Shown in pieces: positions 47,486 through 56,810 of a DNA stretch of 60,744 nt. The position numbers were made by a program, and so were the translations under genes. This stretch comes from Nanobdellati archaeon (GTDB taxonomy: Archaea > B1Sed10-29 > JAGVWA01): contig JAGVWA010000007.1 in NCBI GenBank assembly GCA_018304505.1, positions 1 to 60,744 of the forward strand, read 5' to 3'. Below the pieces are notes generated by a model that saw only the letters and a list, made by a program, of their open reading frames with translations, was not told the DNA's origin and searched no databases. Each line of letters opens with the position of its first letter. Position 1 is the stretch's first letter.

Positions 47486-47989
47486 ATGGTGCAGTATATC
47501 GAATCTGGAAAAAAGAAACAAGAGAAGTCAAACAAGCTGATTTATGCGTTAATCATTGGAGCAGTGGTGCTCATAGGTGCGCTAGCGTATGGTAGCGATA
47601 ATTCAGGAAAGCAATCATTGGCAGATGCAGATCTTCCATCTGGAGAGGTGCATTGGCACGCAACGCTTTCGATAAATCTTTGTGGGCAAGAGCAGCCGCT
47701 GCCAGTAACACCAATAAAAAGCCACTTGCTTCACACGCATGAAGATCGACTGATTCACGTTGAGGGAGTAATACCAGACCCAGAATCAATAATGCTTGGG
47801 AGGTACATGAACTACGCGCTAGGGCTAGAGTTGACAAACACGTCAGTCATGGGATACCGCAATGAAATTGAATCGTGTAATGACGGAAAGGACAATACGC
47901 TGGCAGTGTTGGTAGATGGCACGCCAATCCAAGACCACATGAACCATGTAATAAGAGACGGCCAGAAAATAAGGATACTTTACGAGTGA
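47486..47989 (+). CDS. Membrane-anchored His-rich hypothetical protein
   Basis: TM; VHWHA, LHTHED..IHVEG. Confidence 0.75.
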   Translation: MVQYIESGKKKQEKSNKLIYALIIGAVVLIGALAYGSDNSGKQSLADADLPSGEVHWHATLSINLCGQEQPLPVTPIKSHLLHTHEDRLIHVEGVIPDPESIMLGRYMNYALGLELTNTSVMGYRNEIESCNDGKDNTLAVLVDGTPIQDHMNHVIRDGQKIRILYE

Positions 47990-48051
47990 GATAAGTTCTA
48001 CCAATTTCTGGCTTAGGTAGGTTTTAAATCCCTCGATGTGTTCGCATACTT

Positions 48052-50061
48052 ATGGATCGCATGGATCACTCACAGCACATTGGAAAAGCACAGCATGAAC
48101 AAAAACAAACAATGCAGCACTCACACAGAAATCACCACGCGATGATGGCGCAAGACTTCAAGCGGCGCTTCATTGTCTCGGCGATCATCACGATACCTGT
48201 ACTCGTTCTGTCGCCGCTAATTCAGGAATTCCTCGGCTACTCGTTATTGATTCCGGGCAGCGAGTACATTCTATGGGTCTTGAGCACAGCGATTTTCTTC
48301 TACGGTGGCAAGCCGTTCTTTAATGGATTTTTCAGCGAAACTAGGACTAGGAAACCTGGCATGATGACCCTCGTCACTTTGGCGACGGGCACTGCGTACG
48401 TTTACAGCTCAGCAGTCGTTTTTGGATTCCCCGGAAAATTCTTTTTTTGGGAACTCGTGACACTGATTGATGTAATGCTGCTTGGGCACTGGCTTGAAAT
48501 GAAATCAGTACTGGGCGCTACTGGGGCACTGGAAAAACTAGCACAACTTTTACCAAATACGGCGCATATGGTAATGCCTAACATGGTGCATGACGTCGCG
48601 CTTACAGCCATCAAGAAAGGGGACACTGTTCTGGTCAAGCCTGGAGAGAAAATCCCGACAGACGGAATCGTTATTAATGGATCTTCATTTGTCAACGAGG
48701 CTTTCCTAACAGGGGAATCAGTGCCTGTGAAAAAATCAGTAGGTGGCAGTGTGGTTGCCGGATCCATTAACGGTGACGGCGCGCTGTACATCAAAGTCAA
48801 TGCAACTGGCGAGGACTCTTACCTGTCCAGGGTCATTAATCTTGTTAAGGAAGCGCAGGAGGCCAAGTCCAAAACGCAGATGCTGGCAGACAGGGCTGCA
48901 ATGTATTTGACAGGAATCGGGGTAAGCGTCAGCGTCATCACGCTGGTTGTTTGGCTGGCTCTTCAGCAAGATCTGGCCTTTGCAGTAGAGCGAATGGTAA
49001 CAGTCATGGTGATAACCTGCCCCCATGCACTAGGCTTGGCCATTCCGCTAGTGGGGTCAATGTCAACATCGCTAGCAGCAAGCAATGCGCTCCTGATTCG
49101 GAACAAGACTGCGTTTGAAAACTCGAGAAAGATTACAATTGTGGTGTTTGACAAAACAGGCACATTGACAGAAGGAAAGTTCTCGGTCAATTCAGTGAAA
49201 CCGCTCGACAAGAAATACACTGTAAAGAAAATTCTCTCCTTAGCAGCGTCGCTAGAAAAGCAGTCAGAGCATCCAATTGCTAACGCGATACTTGAACGGG
49301 CAAAGAACTCAAAAGCAAAACTCAGCCCCGCAGCTGGTTTCCAGAACATGAAAGGCCAGGGCGTTTCGGGAAAAATCGGCAAGGATAAGGTGCTGGTTGT
49401 CGGCAAGAACTACCTGGGCAGCCAAAAAATCATTGTCCCAGAAGTGCAGGAAAAGGCAGCAACGCTAGTGTATGTTTTGGTTAATGAGAAGCCGGTGGGC
49501 GTGTTGACGTTGTCAGACAAGATAAGGCCTGAAGCCCGAGACGCTGTGCGGCAGTTGAAAAGTGCGGGCATAAAGACCATGATGATAACTGGCGATAATG
49601 AAAAGATCGCAAAGAAGGTCGCTAATGAATTGAAGCTTGACGGTTACTTTGCGCAAGTGCTGCCGCACGAAAAGCAAGAGAAAATCAAGGAGCTGCAGGC
49701 CAATGGAGAATTCGTGGCAATGGCAGGTGACGGCGTGAATGATGCCCCCGCGCTTGCCCAGGCTGATGTTGGAATCGCCATTGGGTCGGGCACTGACATT
49801 GCAGCAGAAACTGCCGATATAATCCTTGTAGATGACAATCCTAAAGGAGTTTATTCAACTGTGCGCTTTGGCAGGGCTACTTATGGTAAAATGGTCCAGA
49901 ATTTGTTGTGGGCCACTGGTTACAATGTGGTGGCGATTCCGCTTGCGGCAGGGGTATTGTTTCAGCAGGGCATTTTGTTGAGCCCTGCGCTGGGCGCAGC
50001 TTTTATGAGCCTGAGCACTGTAATCGTTGCGCTGAACGCGCGGCTCCTGAAATTCAAGTGA
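48052..50061 (+). CDS. copB: Copper-exporting P1B-3 type ATPase
   Basis: His-rich N-terminus, TGES, CPH in TM, DKTGT, SEHPIA, GDGVNDAP, YN, MSLST. Confidence 0.93.
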   Translation: MDRMDHSQHIGKAQHEQKQTMQHSHRNHHAMMAQDFKRRFIVSAIITIPVLVLSPLIQEFLGYSLLIPGSEYILWVLSTAIFFYGGKPFFNGFFSETRTRKPGMMTLVTLATGTAYVYSSAVVFGFPGKFFFWELVTLIDVMLLGHWLEMKSVLGATGALEKLAQLLPNTAHMVMPNMVHDVALTAIKKGDTVLVKPGEKIPTDGIVINGSSFVNEAFLTGESVPVKKSVGGSVVAGSINGDGALYIKVNATGEDSYLSRVINLVKEAQEAKSKTQMLADRAAMYLTGIGVSVSVITLVVWLALQQDLAFAVERMVTVMVITCPHALGLAIPLVGSMSTSLAASNALLIRNKTAFENSRKITIVVFDKTGTLTEGKFSVNSVKPLDKKYTVKKILSLAASLEKQSEHPIANAILERAKNSKAKLSPAAGFQNMKGQGVSGKIGKDKVLVVGKNYLGSQKIIVPEVQEKAATLVYVLVNEKPVGVLTLSDKIRPEARDAVRQLKSAGIKTMMITGDNEKIAKKVANELKLDGYFAQVLPHEKQEKIKELQANGEFVAMAGDGVNDAPALAQADVGIAIGSGTDIAAETADIILVDDNPKGVYSTVRFGRATYGKMVQNLLWATGYNVVAIPLAAGVLFQQGILLSPALGAAFMSLSTVIVALNARLLKFK

Positions 50062-50079
50062 ATTTCTAAAATGGATTCT

Positions 50080-50328
50080 CTAGAAAACACTGAAGATTTT
50101 GTAGGCCACGAGCAGGTTCAGTATCATTATTGCTAGTATGGCGTACATCAATCTTCTTTTCAGGTCGCTTTTCACTTTCGTTGCCTTGTAAATCGCGAAC
50201 AGCACAAGCGATGCAATTCCGATGCCTGCCGAAATTGCAGTGTTGATCAGGGCAGTGTAAATCGCGAAGAAGGCCGCGATAGTTAAGCCGATTGCTTCGC
50301 GCTCTTCAGTGATTTTGAATTTCATCAT
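50080..50328 (-). CDS. Small membrane protein
   Basis: Three hydrophobic segments; GGTGA SD. Confidence 0.6.
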   Translation of the reverse strand: MMKFKITEEREAIGLTIAAFFAIYTALINTAISAGIGIASLVLFAIYKATKVKSDLKRRLMYAILAIMILNLLVAYKIFSVF

Positions 50329-50423
50329 GGCAATATCACCACGCCGCTAATTCCTTCACCGTCAATGAGCCCTGACAACTCCAGGCCCCGGTCGTTCTTG
50401 AACGTTACTTTTTCACTAAGCAT
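50325..50423 (-). pseudogene. Possible 5' fragment of an alpha/beta hydrolase gene
   Basis: MLSEKVTFKNDRGLELSGLIDGEGISGVVI resembles hydrolase N-termini but stops before the HG motif. Confidence 0.3.
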
Positions 50424-50503
50424 GAACAATAAAAGATTAACTTGTTTATAAAACTGGCTTTGCGGGCTCAGGTTTAAATATATGAATCACCAGAATTGGT
50501 ATC

Positions 50504-50659
50504 ATGATGTACAGGGAAATTTGTCCAAGATGTTTCCAGACACATGGAGCGTCGGTAGTTCTTCAAGACGAAAAAGGCGTCTTTTTCTGTACTGAGGAGC
50601 CACAACACAAATATAAGAAAAATGAACAGGGTTTCTTAGAGTTCTACAAGGACTGGTAA
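50504..50659 (+). CDS. Small zinc-finger-like protein (51 aa, not in ORF track)
   Basis: Own translation: MMYREICPRCFQTHGASVVLQDEKGVFFCTEEPQHKYKKNEQGFLEFYKDW; TATA-like tttaaata upstream. Confidence 0.6.
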   Translation: MMYREICPRCFQTHGASVVLQDEKGVFFCTEEPQHKYKKNEQGFLEFYKDW

Positions 50660-50686
50660 AATCCTTTTTGGTAGAATCCTGAGTTT

Positions 50687-50878
50687 TTATTGGTCAAAAA
50701 TTGAGTCGTCTGGCTCTTCTTCGTATTCAGTTTCTTCCATTTCAACAAGGTATACATTTCCTTTGTCGTCTTCTAGAGCCTCGAGTTCAACTTCGCATTC
50801 TGGGCATTCAGTTTCGTCGCCTATTTCTAGCTCGTCAAACTCGAGTTTTTCTCCACAAGCAGGACACTTTAATTCCAT
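50687..50878 (-). CDS. Acidic zinc-ribbon protein, LysW-like but lacking EDWGE
   Basis: CPACG..L....EIGD..ECPECEVELE; acidic tail ends SIFDQ. Confidence 0.7.
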   Translation of the reverse strand: MELKCPACGEKLEFDELEIGDETECPECEVELEALEDDKGNVYLVEMEETEYEEEPDDSIFDQ

Positions 50879-51015
50879 GTGACCACCTGTATAGTTTGTT
50901 GAGGCAATTCTGGCGTATCTGGTATATAAGCCAGATGGTCCTGCGTTTCCGAGGCATTGTGCGAGCCGTGGGCAAAGCAGTAAAGCCTTAATACATCAAA
51001 GTCCAAAAGGGCTCT

Positions 51016-52866
51016 ATGAAGGTATACTTCAGGCACGACAAAGTTCGGGAAGAACAGAAGAAGCTCATCAGCGATGTTGTGAAGTGCATCGAGGACCGGC
51101 GGCATCTTGTGGCCCACGCAGCTACAGGGCTTGGCAAGACCGACTCAAGCATAAGCCCTGCCTTGTCTTACGCCATTGAGAACGACAAGATGGTTTTTTT
51201 CATCACGCCCAAGATAAGCCAGCACAGGATTGCCACAGAGCTGGTAAAGGAACTCACGGAAAAGCACAACCTTAATGCGCGCGCCGTTGACTTTATTGGA
51301 AAGCGCAATTTGTGCATCAACGAAGCCATAATGGACTCGCCTGAGATCTATGAGCTCTGTGAGCACGCAGTAAAAAAAGGCACATGCCCACATTACAATT
51401 ACGTTGCCGGCAAATCCTTGAAAGACCAGGCGATATCGAAGATAAACAAAGATCAGTTACTGCAGTGGTACGGCACAATAAAGCCCCATAATGAAGTTGT
51501 CGAGTTCTCGAAACGCCAGCGGAGGCCACCATGTCCCTATTATGCGCAAACAGAACTAGCGAGGCAGGCCAACTTAATTATATGCGACTTCAATCACCTG
51601 CTGAACCCGTTTATAAGCAAGCACTTCATTAAGAAGATCAGCGCGGTCATGGAAGACTCGATCGTCATCATTGATGAAGCCCATAATGCGCCGCAGAGGA
51701 TCAGGGACAGCCTAAGCTCATCACTGACTGTCGGACTCCTGAAACGGGCTGCAAGGGAAGCCAGGTACTTCAACGCCACGGAACTTGAAAAGGAGCTTAA
51801 GGGCCTCGAAAAATACATCAGCACCCTTTTGGGAAAAAACAAGGAAGAGCGGAAGATTTACAGGAACGAGCTGCCGATTTATGAAGGGGAATTCTTAGAG
51901 CAGCTGCATGAATTGGGCTTGCTCTATCTGGAAAGCAATGACAGGGCCAAGAGCGCCCTTTTGCAGGTAATGAGATTCCTGAGCCTGTGGCCAGAAGCAG
52001 ACGTCTCGTACCTGAGAACGATAGAAAAAACCGATGACGGGGAAGGTGTAAAGGTCAACTTGAAGTGCCTTGATCCGAGTGTCTTTACGAAGGACTTCCT
52101 GAACAGGGCGCATTCTGTCATCTTGATGTCCGGCACGCTGAAGCCGCAGGGCATGTACACCGACATCCTCGGCCTCGACAGGTCTAGGACAGTCGAAAAG
52201 GAGTACGTGTCGCCGTTTCCGCGCGAGAACAAGTTGTCACTGCTAGTCACTGGGGTCACGACAAAATATGCGCACAGGAATGACGAGAACTTTGACGCTA
52301 TCGCCAGGAAGGCAGCAGACATAATCAACAACATGCAAGGTAACACTGCAGTGTTCCTGCCGAGCTTTGAAATGCTTGATCAACTTAAATCAAAAATCGG
52401 GATACGCATCAATAGGGAAATCCTCGCGCAAACGTCGGGAATGAGCCCCACTGAGGTCGGCGATTTGATCAGTGAGTTGAAAAACTCGTCAAAGGAGGGC
52501 AAGGTCCTGCTTGCAGTGACTGGCGGCAGCCTCGCCGAAGGCGTTGATTTCCCGGGCGACATTCTGAAAGGCGCCATCGTAATCGGGATACCGCTGCAAG
52601 AGCCTGATCTTGAAACCCAGGCCTTGATTGATTATTATGACAAAAAATTCGGCAAGGGCTGGGAATACGGCTATGTTTTCCCCGCCATGTCGAAAGCGGT
52701 GCAGGCAGCTGGCCGCGTCATCCGAACAGAGCATGACACGGGCGTGGTCGCGTTCATGGACGATCGTTACTTGTGGAAGCAGTACTCGCAGTGCCTGCCG
52801 CGGGACAATGACTACGTCATTTCGGAACACCCTGGCAATGTCGTAAAACAGTTCTGGGCGTATTGA
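51016..52866 (+). CDS. xpd: XPD/Rad3/DinG family Fe-S DNA helicase
   Basis: HAATGLGKT, four Cys of the FeS domain, IIDEAHN, MSGTL, EGVDF, QAAGRVIR. Confidence 0.92.
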   Translation: MKVYFRHDKVREEQKKLISDVVKCIEDRRHLVAHAATGLGKTDSSISPALSYAIENDKMVFFITPKISQHRIATELVKELTEKHNLNARAVDFIGKRNLCINEAIMDSPEIYELCEHAVKKGTCPHYNYVAGKSLKDQAISKINKDQLLQWYGTIKPHNEVVEFSKRQRRPPCPYYAQTELARQANLIICDFNHLLNPFISKHFIKKISAVMEDSIVIIDEAHNAPQRIRDSLSSSLTVGLLKRAAREARYFNATELEKELKGLEKYISTLLGKNKEERKIYRNELPIYEGEFLEQLHELGLLYLESNDRAKSALLQVMRFLSLWPEADVSYLRTIEKTDDGEGVKVNLKCLDPSVFTKDFLNRAHSVILMSGTLKPQGMYTDILGLDRSRTVEKEYVSPFPRENKLSLLVTGVTTKYAHRNDENFDAIARKAADIINNMQGNTAVFLPSFEMLDQLKSKIGIRINREILAQTSGMSPTEVGDLISELKNSSKEGKVLLAVTGGSLAEGVDFPGDILKGAIVIGIPLQEPDLETQALIDYYDKKFGKGWEYGYVFPAMSKAVQAAGRVIRTEHDTGVVAFMDDRYLWKQYSQCLPRDNDYVISEHPGNVVKQFWAY

Positions 52867-53011
52867 ACCACAGTGCATTGAAACATGGTGCATTCGATTT
52901 TAGTGAATTTTAGTTAGCTGCTTGACTTTAGTTTGTGTTCATCCGGATGTGCTATGTGGTTAGCTTTAAAAACCCCGAAAAGCACAATTTGCAGAGAACA
53001 CGCGGGAGGCG

Positions 53012-55048
53012 ATTTTCTTCAGATATCTAGTAACGTCAGCCCTGCCTTACGTGAACAATGAGCTTCACTTGGGGCACTTTACAGGCTGCATCCTGCCTGG
53101 GGATGTCTATTCCAGGTTCTTGAAACTCAAGGGCGAGGACGCAATCTATGTTTGCGGTACTGATGAGTATGGCACTCCAACTGAAGTGGCGGCGCAAAAG
53201 GAAGGCGTGACACCGCAGGAACTCACTGACAAGTACTACGCGAAACAAAATGAAGTGTTGAAGAAATTCAACGTGCAGTTCGACATCTATTCAAGAACCA
53301 CAACGCTTGACCACACAAAACAGGTTCACGAGTTCTACAACGCGTGGAAACACAATAACTTCATCTACAGGAAAGAAATCGAGCAGCTCTACTGCAAGCA
53401 CTGCGACCGGTTCTTGCCAGACAGGTACGTCGAGGGCATTTGCCCGCTTTGCGGTGCTGAAGGCGCCAGGGGCGACCAGTGCGACACCTGCGGCAAGCCC
53501 TTGGATCCGACAGATCTCAAGAACCCGTACTGCATCACGTGCAAAAACACGCCTGAATTGAGGAAAACAGAGCACGTGTTCTTCGAGCTGTCGAAACTCG
53601 AAGAGCAGGTATTGGAGTGGGTTGAAAACCATGAGGGCCTGTTCCAGAATTCGAAGAACTTTGCCCTGGGTTTCATAAAACAAGGCCTGAACGACAAGGA
53701 CATGTCGCGTGACTTGAAGTGGGGGGTTCCGATTCCAGACGCACCAGGCCAAGTTTTCTACGTGTGGTTTGATGCACCCATAGGTTACGTCACATTTACC
53801 AAACAGCTCGGCAAGCTCAATTGGTGGCAGGACAAGAATACACGATTGGTGCATTTTATCGGCAAGGACAACATACCATTCCACACGATTTATTTCCCGG
53901 CGATGCTAATCGCAAGAGGGGACGACTACATCCTGCCGTACAAAGTCGCGAGCTACGAGTACCTTACGTTCAAGGGATCCAAGCTCTCAAAATCAAAAGG
54001 CCATATGATAACACTGAGGGAAGCCGCAGAGTTGTTCCCGGTAGACTACTGGCGGTATTTCATCATCTCGTCTCTTCCAGAGCGAGCTGATACCGATTTC
54101 ACATGGGAAGGCTTCCAGGAGAGAATCAACAACGAACTAAATAATGACGTCGGCAATCTAGTACAACGGGCCCTGAGCCTAGCGAAGAAGTACGTCAACT
54201 CAACAGTGCCAAAACCAGTGACATTGACAGACAATGACAAGATAGTGCTGAAGCAAATCGAGACAAGCGCGCAACAAGTCGCGGAGCTGATCTACGACAT
54301 AAAGCTTAAGGAAGCGCTGCAGGAAGTAGCAAAGCTCGCCAGGATCGGGAATCAGTACATTCAAATCGAGGAACCCTGGAAAAACCAGGAACGGCAAAAG
54401 GAAATCATTTTCGTTTCACTGAACGTCGTCAAGGCGCTCTCAATACTGCTGGAACCGTTCATTCCAGAGACCGCGAAGAAGATCCAGGACTATCTGAACC
54501 TAAAGCCGCAGATGTATGACAACATTGCCGATCACTTAGAGCCGGGGCATGAGCTCAATAAGGAATTCGAGCCGCTGATAAAGAAAATTGAGGACAAAGA
54601 TCTCCCGATAAAAAATGAGGGGCAACAGCAGCAGGGCGTAAAGGAAAAGCCAGGAGACGCAAATGCAAAGGTCAAATCAGCAGCAGTGTCTACTGAAGTC
54701 GGTAAGGCTGCCGTCGCTGCGGTTGAATATGATGACTTCGCCAAACTCAAGTTTAAGGTCGGCACTATCAAAAGCGCAGAACGCATTGAAGGGGCAGACA
54801 AGCTGTTCAAGCTGACTGTCGATGTCGGCGAGCAAAATCCGCGGACACTGGCCGCAGGCATTGCCGAATTCTACAAGCCAGAAGAACTGGTGGGCAAGCA
54901 AGTTATTGTATTGGCGAATTTAAAACCCAGAACCATCCGTGGCATCGAAAGCCAGGGCATGCTGCTGGCATCAGAAACAGAAGACGGGAAGCGAGTAAAG
55001 TTCGTTACCGTGCATGAAGAAATGCCGCCGGGCTCGAAAATAAGGTGA
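53012..55048 (+). CDS. metG: Methionyl-tRNA synthetase with C-terminal tRNA-binding domain (start uncertain, non-canonical)
   Basis: RYLVTSALPYVN, HLGH, GTDEYG, Zn knuckles, YVWFDA, KLSKS, ESQGMLL. Confidence 0.95.
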   Translation: MFFRYLVTSALPYVNNELHLGHFTGCILPGDVYSRFLKLKGEDAIYVCGTDEYGTPTEVAAQKEGVTPQELTDKYYAKQNEVLKKFNVQFDIYSRTTTLDHTKQVHEFYNAWKHNNFIYRKEIEQLYCKHCDRFLPDRYVEGICPLCGAEGARGDQCDTCGKPLDPTDLKNPYCITCKNTPELRKTEHVFFELSKLEEQVLEWVENHEGLFQNSKNFALGFIKQGLNDKDMSRDLKWGVPIPDAPGQVFYVWFDAPIGYVTFTKQLGKLNWWQDKNTRLVHFIGKDNIPFHTIYFPAMLIARGDDYILPYKVASYEYLTFKGSKLSKSKGHMITLREAAELFPVDYWRYFIISSLPERADTDFTWEGFQERINNELNNDVGNLVQRALSLAKKYVNSTVPKPVTLTDNDKIVLKQIETSAQQVAELIYDIKLKEALQEVAKLARIGNQYIQIEEPWKNQERQKEIIFVSLNVVKALSILLEPFIPETAKKIQDYLNLKPQMYDNIADHLEPGHELNKEFEPLIKKIEDKDLPIKNEGQQQQGVKEKPGDANAKVKSAAVSTEVGKAAVAAVEYDDFAKLKFKVGTIKSAERIEGADKLFKLTVDVGEQNPRTLAAGIAEFYKPEELVGKQVIVLANLKPRTIRGIESQGMLLASETEDGKRVKFVTVHEEMPPGSKIR

Positions 55049-55054
55049 TGTGGC

Positions 55055-55453
55055 GTGGCAGATTGTGTTTTTTGCAAGATCAGGGACAACGAGATTGATG
55101 CGGCAAAGGTTTATGAAGACGAGGATGTAATGGTGATGATGGACGCCTTCCCTGTATACAAGGGCCAAACACTGGTAATACCAAAATCACACGTGGATTA
55201 TATCTTCGATCTTGACGATGGACTATACCAAAAGACATGGGGCGTGACAAAGCGCATTGCCAAAGCCACAGACAAGGCAGTAAAGCCGCGCAGGACATGC
55301 ATCATTGTTGAGGGCTTCGGCGTGCCGCATGTCCACATCAGGGTAAATCCGCTGCAGCAAGGTCAGTACTTGACTGCGCAAATCGGGTCTGAGAAAGCTG
55401 ATGTTAATGAACTGAAAAAACTAGCAGAGAAGATTAGAGGTGAATTAGAATGA
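55055..55453 (+). CDS. HIT family hydrolase
   Basis: CVFCKI, G.TLVIPK.H, VPHVHIR. Confidence 0.88.
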   Translation: MADCVFCKIRDNEIDAAKVYEDEDVMVMMDAFPVYKGQTLVIPKSHVDYIFDLDDGLYQKTWGVTKRIAKATDKAVKPRRTCIIVEGFGVPHVHIRVNPLQQGQYLTAQIGSEKADVNELKKLAEKIRGELE

Positions 55454-55863
55454 GCGGTGAAGATGACTCAAAAATCGACCAGAAGATAAACAAGGAAATG
55501 CTGAAAGACGTAGGCATAACAGGCGAGGACTTAAGTAACGTGTTTGACACATTCGATAAGTGCCGGAAAACCATTAATTTCTATTTCGAAAACGCGCACG
55601 GATCAGGCGAAGAGAGGGCAGAAATCGTGTTACTAAGTTCGCGTTCCGAAAAACTATATCTGAAGTTCATAATGCTATTCTGCATAATGGATGACTTAAC
55701 TTTGGAGTATCGCAAGAAGGTTTTATTGAATGAAAAGCTCAGCGTAAAGGACCAGATCGTTGAATTTAATAAACGCTATGCTGAGGCTAAGAACGACTTT
55801 AACGGGCTACTTGAAGCAACGCAGAAGTTCATAGACGAGACCTCCAAGAACGCGCCATTCTAG
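55450..55863 (+). CDS. Hypothetical protein
   Basis: ATGA overlap and GAGGTGA SD. Confidence 0.6.
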   Translation: MSGEDDSKIDQKINKEMLKDVGITGEDLSNVFDTFDKCRKTINFYFENAHGSGEERAEIVLLSSRSEKLYLKFIMLFCIMDDLTLEYRKKVLLNEKLSVKDQIVEFNKRYAEAKNDFNGLLEATQKFIDETSKNAPF

Positions 55864-55904
55864 AGGTAGATTGAATTGTTTTATTTCATTAGTTGCTTTT
55901 TGCC

Positions 55905-55976
55905 GGGCTCGTAGATCAGTGGAAGATCGCTTCGTTCGCAACGAAGAGGCCGCGGGTTCAAATCCCGCCGAGTCCA
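55905..55976 (+). tRNA. tRNA-Ala(CGC), no intron, CCA not encoded
   Basis: Acceptor GGGCTCG/CGAGTCC with G3.U70, anticodon arm cttcg-ttCGCaa-cgaag, T-loop GTTCAAAT. Confidence 0.95.
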
Positions 55977-55994
55977 TAAGAGGGGCTTCGCTTG

Positions 55995-56220
55995 CAACGA
56001 AACTTCGTTTCGTTGAAGATTTGAAAAACAGGGTTTTTCAAATTTGACAAACGCGTAGCGTTCTGTCAAATCTCAAGGAACTTCGTTCCTTGCAGACCCC
56101 TTCTATCCCTGAAGCACTGCATTCGGCTTCGCCGAAGCAGAGCGGTTCTTTAGTGCAGCTTTCTTTCCAAGAAAGGTGCTGTGGGATCCCGCCGAGGTGC
56201 CACAGAGGAGCTTCGCTCCT
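55995..56220. repeat. Array of short GNA-triloop hairpins downstream of tRNA-Ala
   Basis: caacgaaac-ttc-gtttcgttg, aacgc-gta-gcgtt, caaggaac-ttc-gttccttg, ttcggc-ttc-gccgaa, aggagc-ttc-gctcct. Confidence 0.75.
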
Positions 56221-56332
56221 TCCATCGCAAGGGCTGCGCATGCAACGAAATCGTGTTTCATTTGGGGCTTTGACAAACTGTGCTTTATAGGGCCCGTTAT
56301 GTTAATAAGCAACATGCATGTTAAGCTAGATC

Positions 56333-56779
56333 ATGGGAAAGACATTGCTTGCATTGCTCGCACTCATGCTTTTGATGTCAACAGCAACAGCGCAGGAAGA
56401 CACAATCACGGTTGAGGACATCAACCAGTTCATACAGATATACAACGCCAACGTTGATCAGGTCCCGGATTTCATCAAAAGCATAATCAGCAATGAGAAA
56501 ATAAATATAGAAGTCTCGACAGCACAAGGCACGCTGCAGTTCTACGCCGTAATGCAGGATAGCACTATCCAGTCAGGCAGCGTAGGATCGCTAGACGACG
56601 CCACACTGTTGATATCAACGTCAGAAGAAACAATACGTAGAATCGCTGCATCACCAGACCCCGTAGGCGAACTGAAAATCGCCCTGAATACAGGGGACGT
56701 TTCATACAGCGGTTTGGGCTTCTTCAGCTCAATAAAGTATGGCATCATCAGTTTCCTTTCTGGCTTGTTTGGCTTCTAG
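56333..56779 (+). CDS. Secreted hypothetical protein
   Basis: Signal peptide MGKTLLALLALMLLMSTATA. Confidence 0.7.
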   Translation: MGKTLLALLALMLLMSTATAQEDTITVEDINQFIQIYNANVDQVPDFIKSIISNEKINIEVSTAQGTLQFYAVMQDSTIQSGSVGSLDDATLLISTSEETIRRIAASPDPVGELKIALNTGDVSYSGLGFFSSIKYGIISFLSGLFGF

Positions 56780-56789
56780 AAAAACCATG

Positions 56790-56810
56790 GCCCTGCGAAA
56801 GGGCTTTTTT
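56790..56810 (+). terminator. Hairpin plus T-tract between convergent genes
   Basis: gccct-gcgaa-agggc-tttttt. Confidence 0.5.

Noticed and set aside
55881-56415. Several 60-80 aa ORFs around the tRNA
   Set aside because: They overlap the tRNA and hairpin array and have no protein-like features
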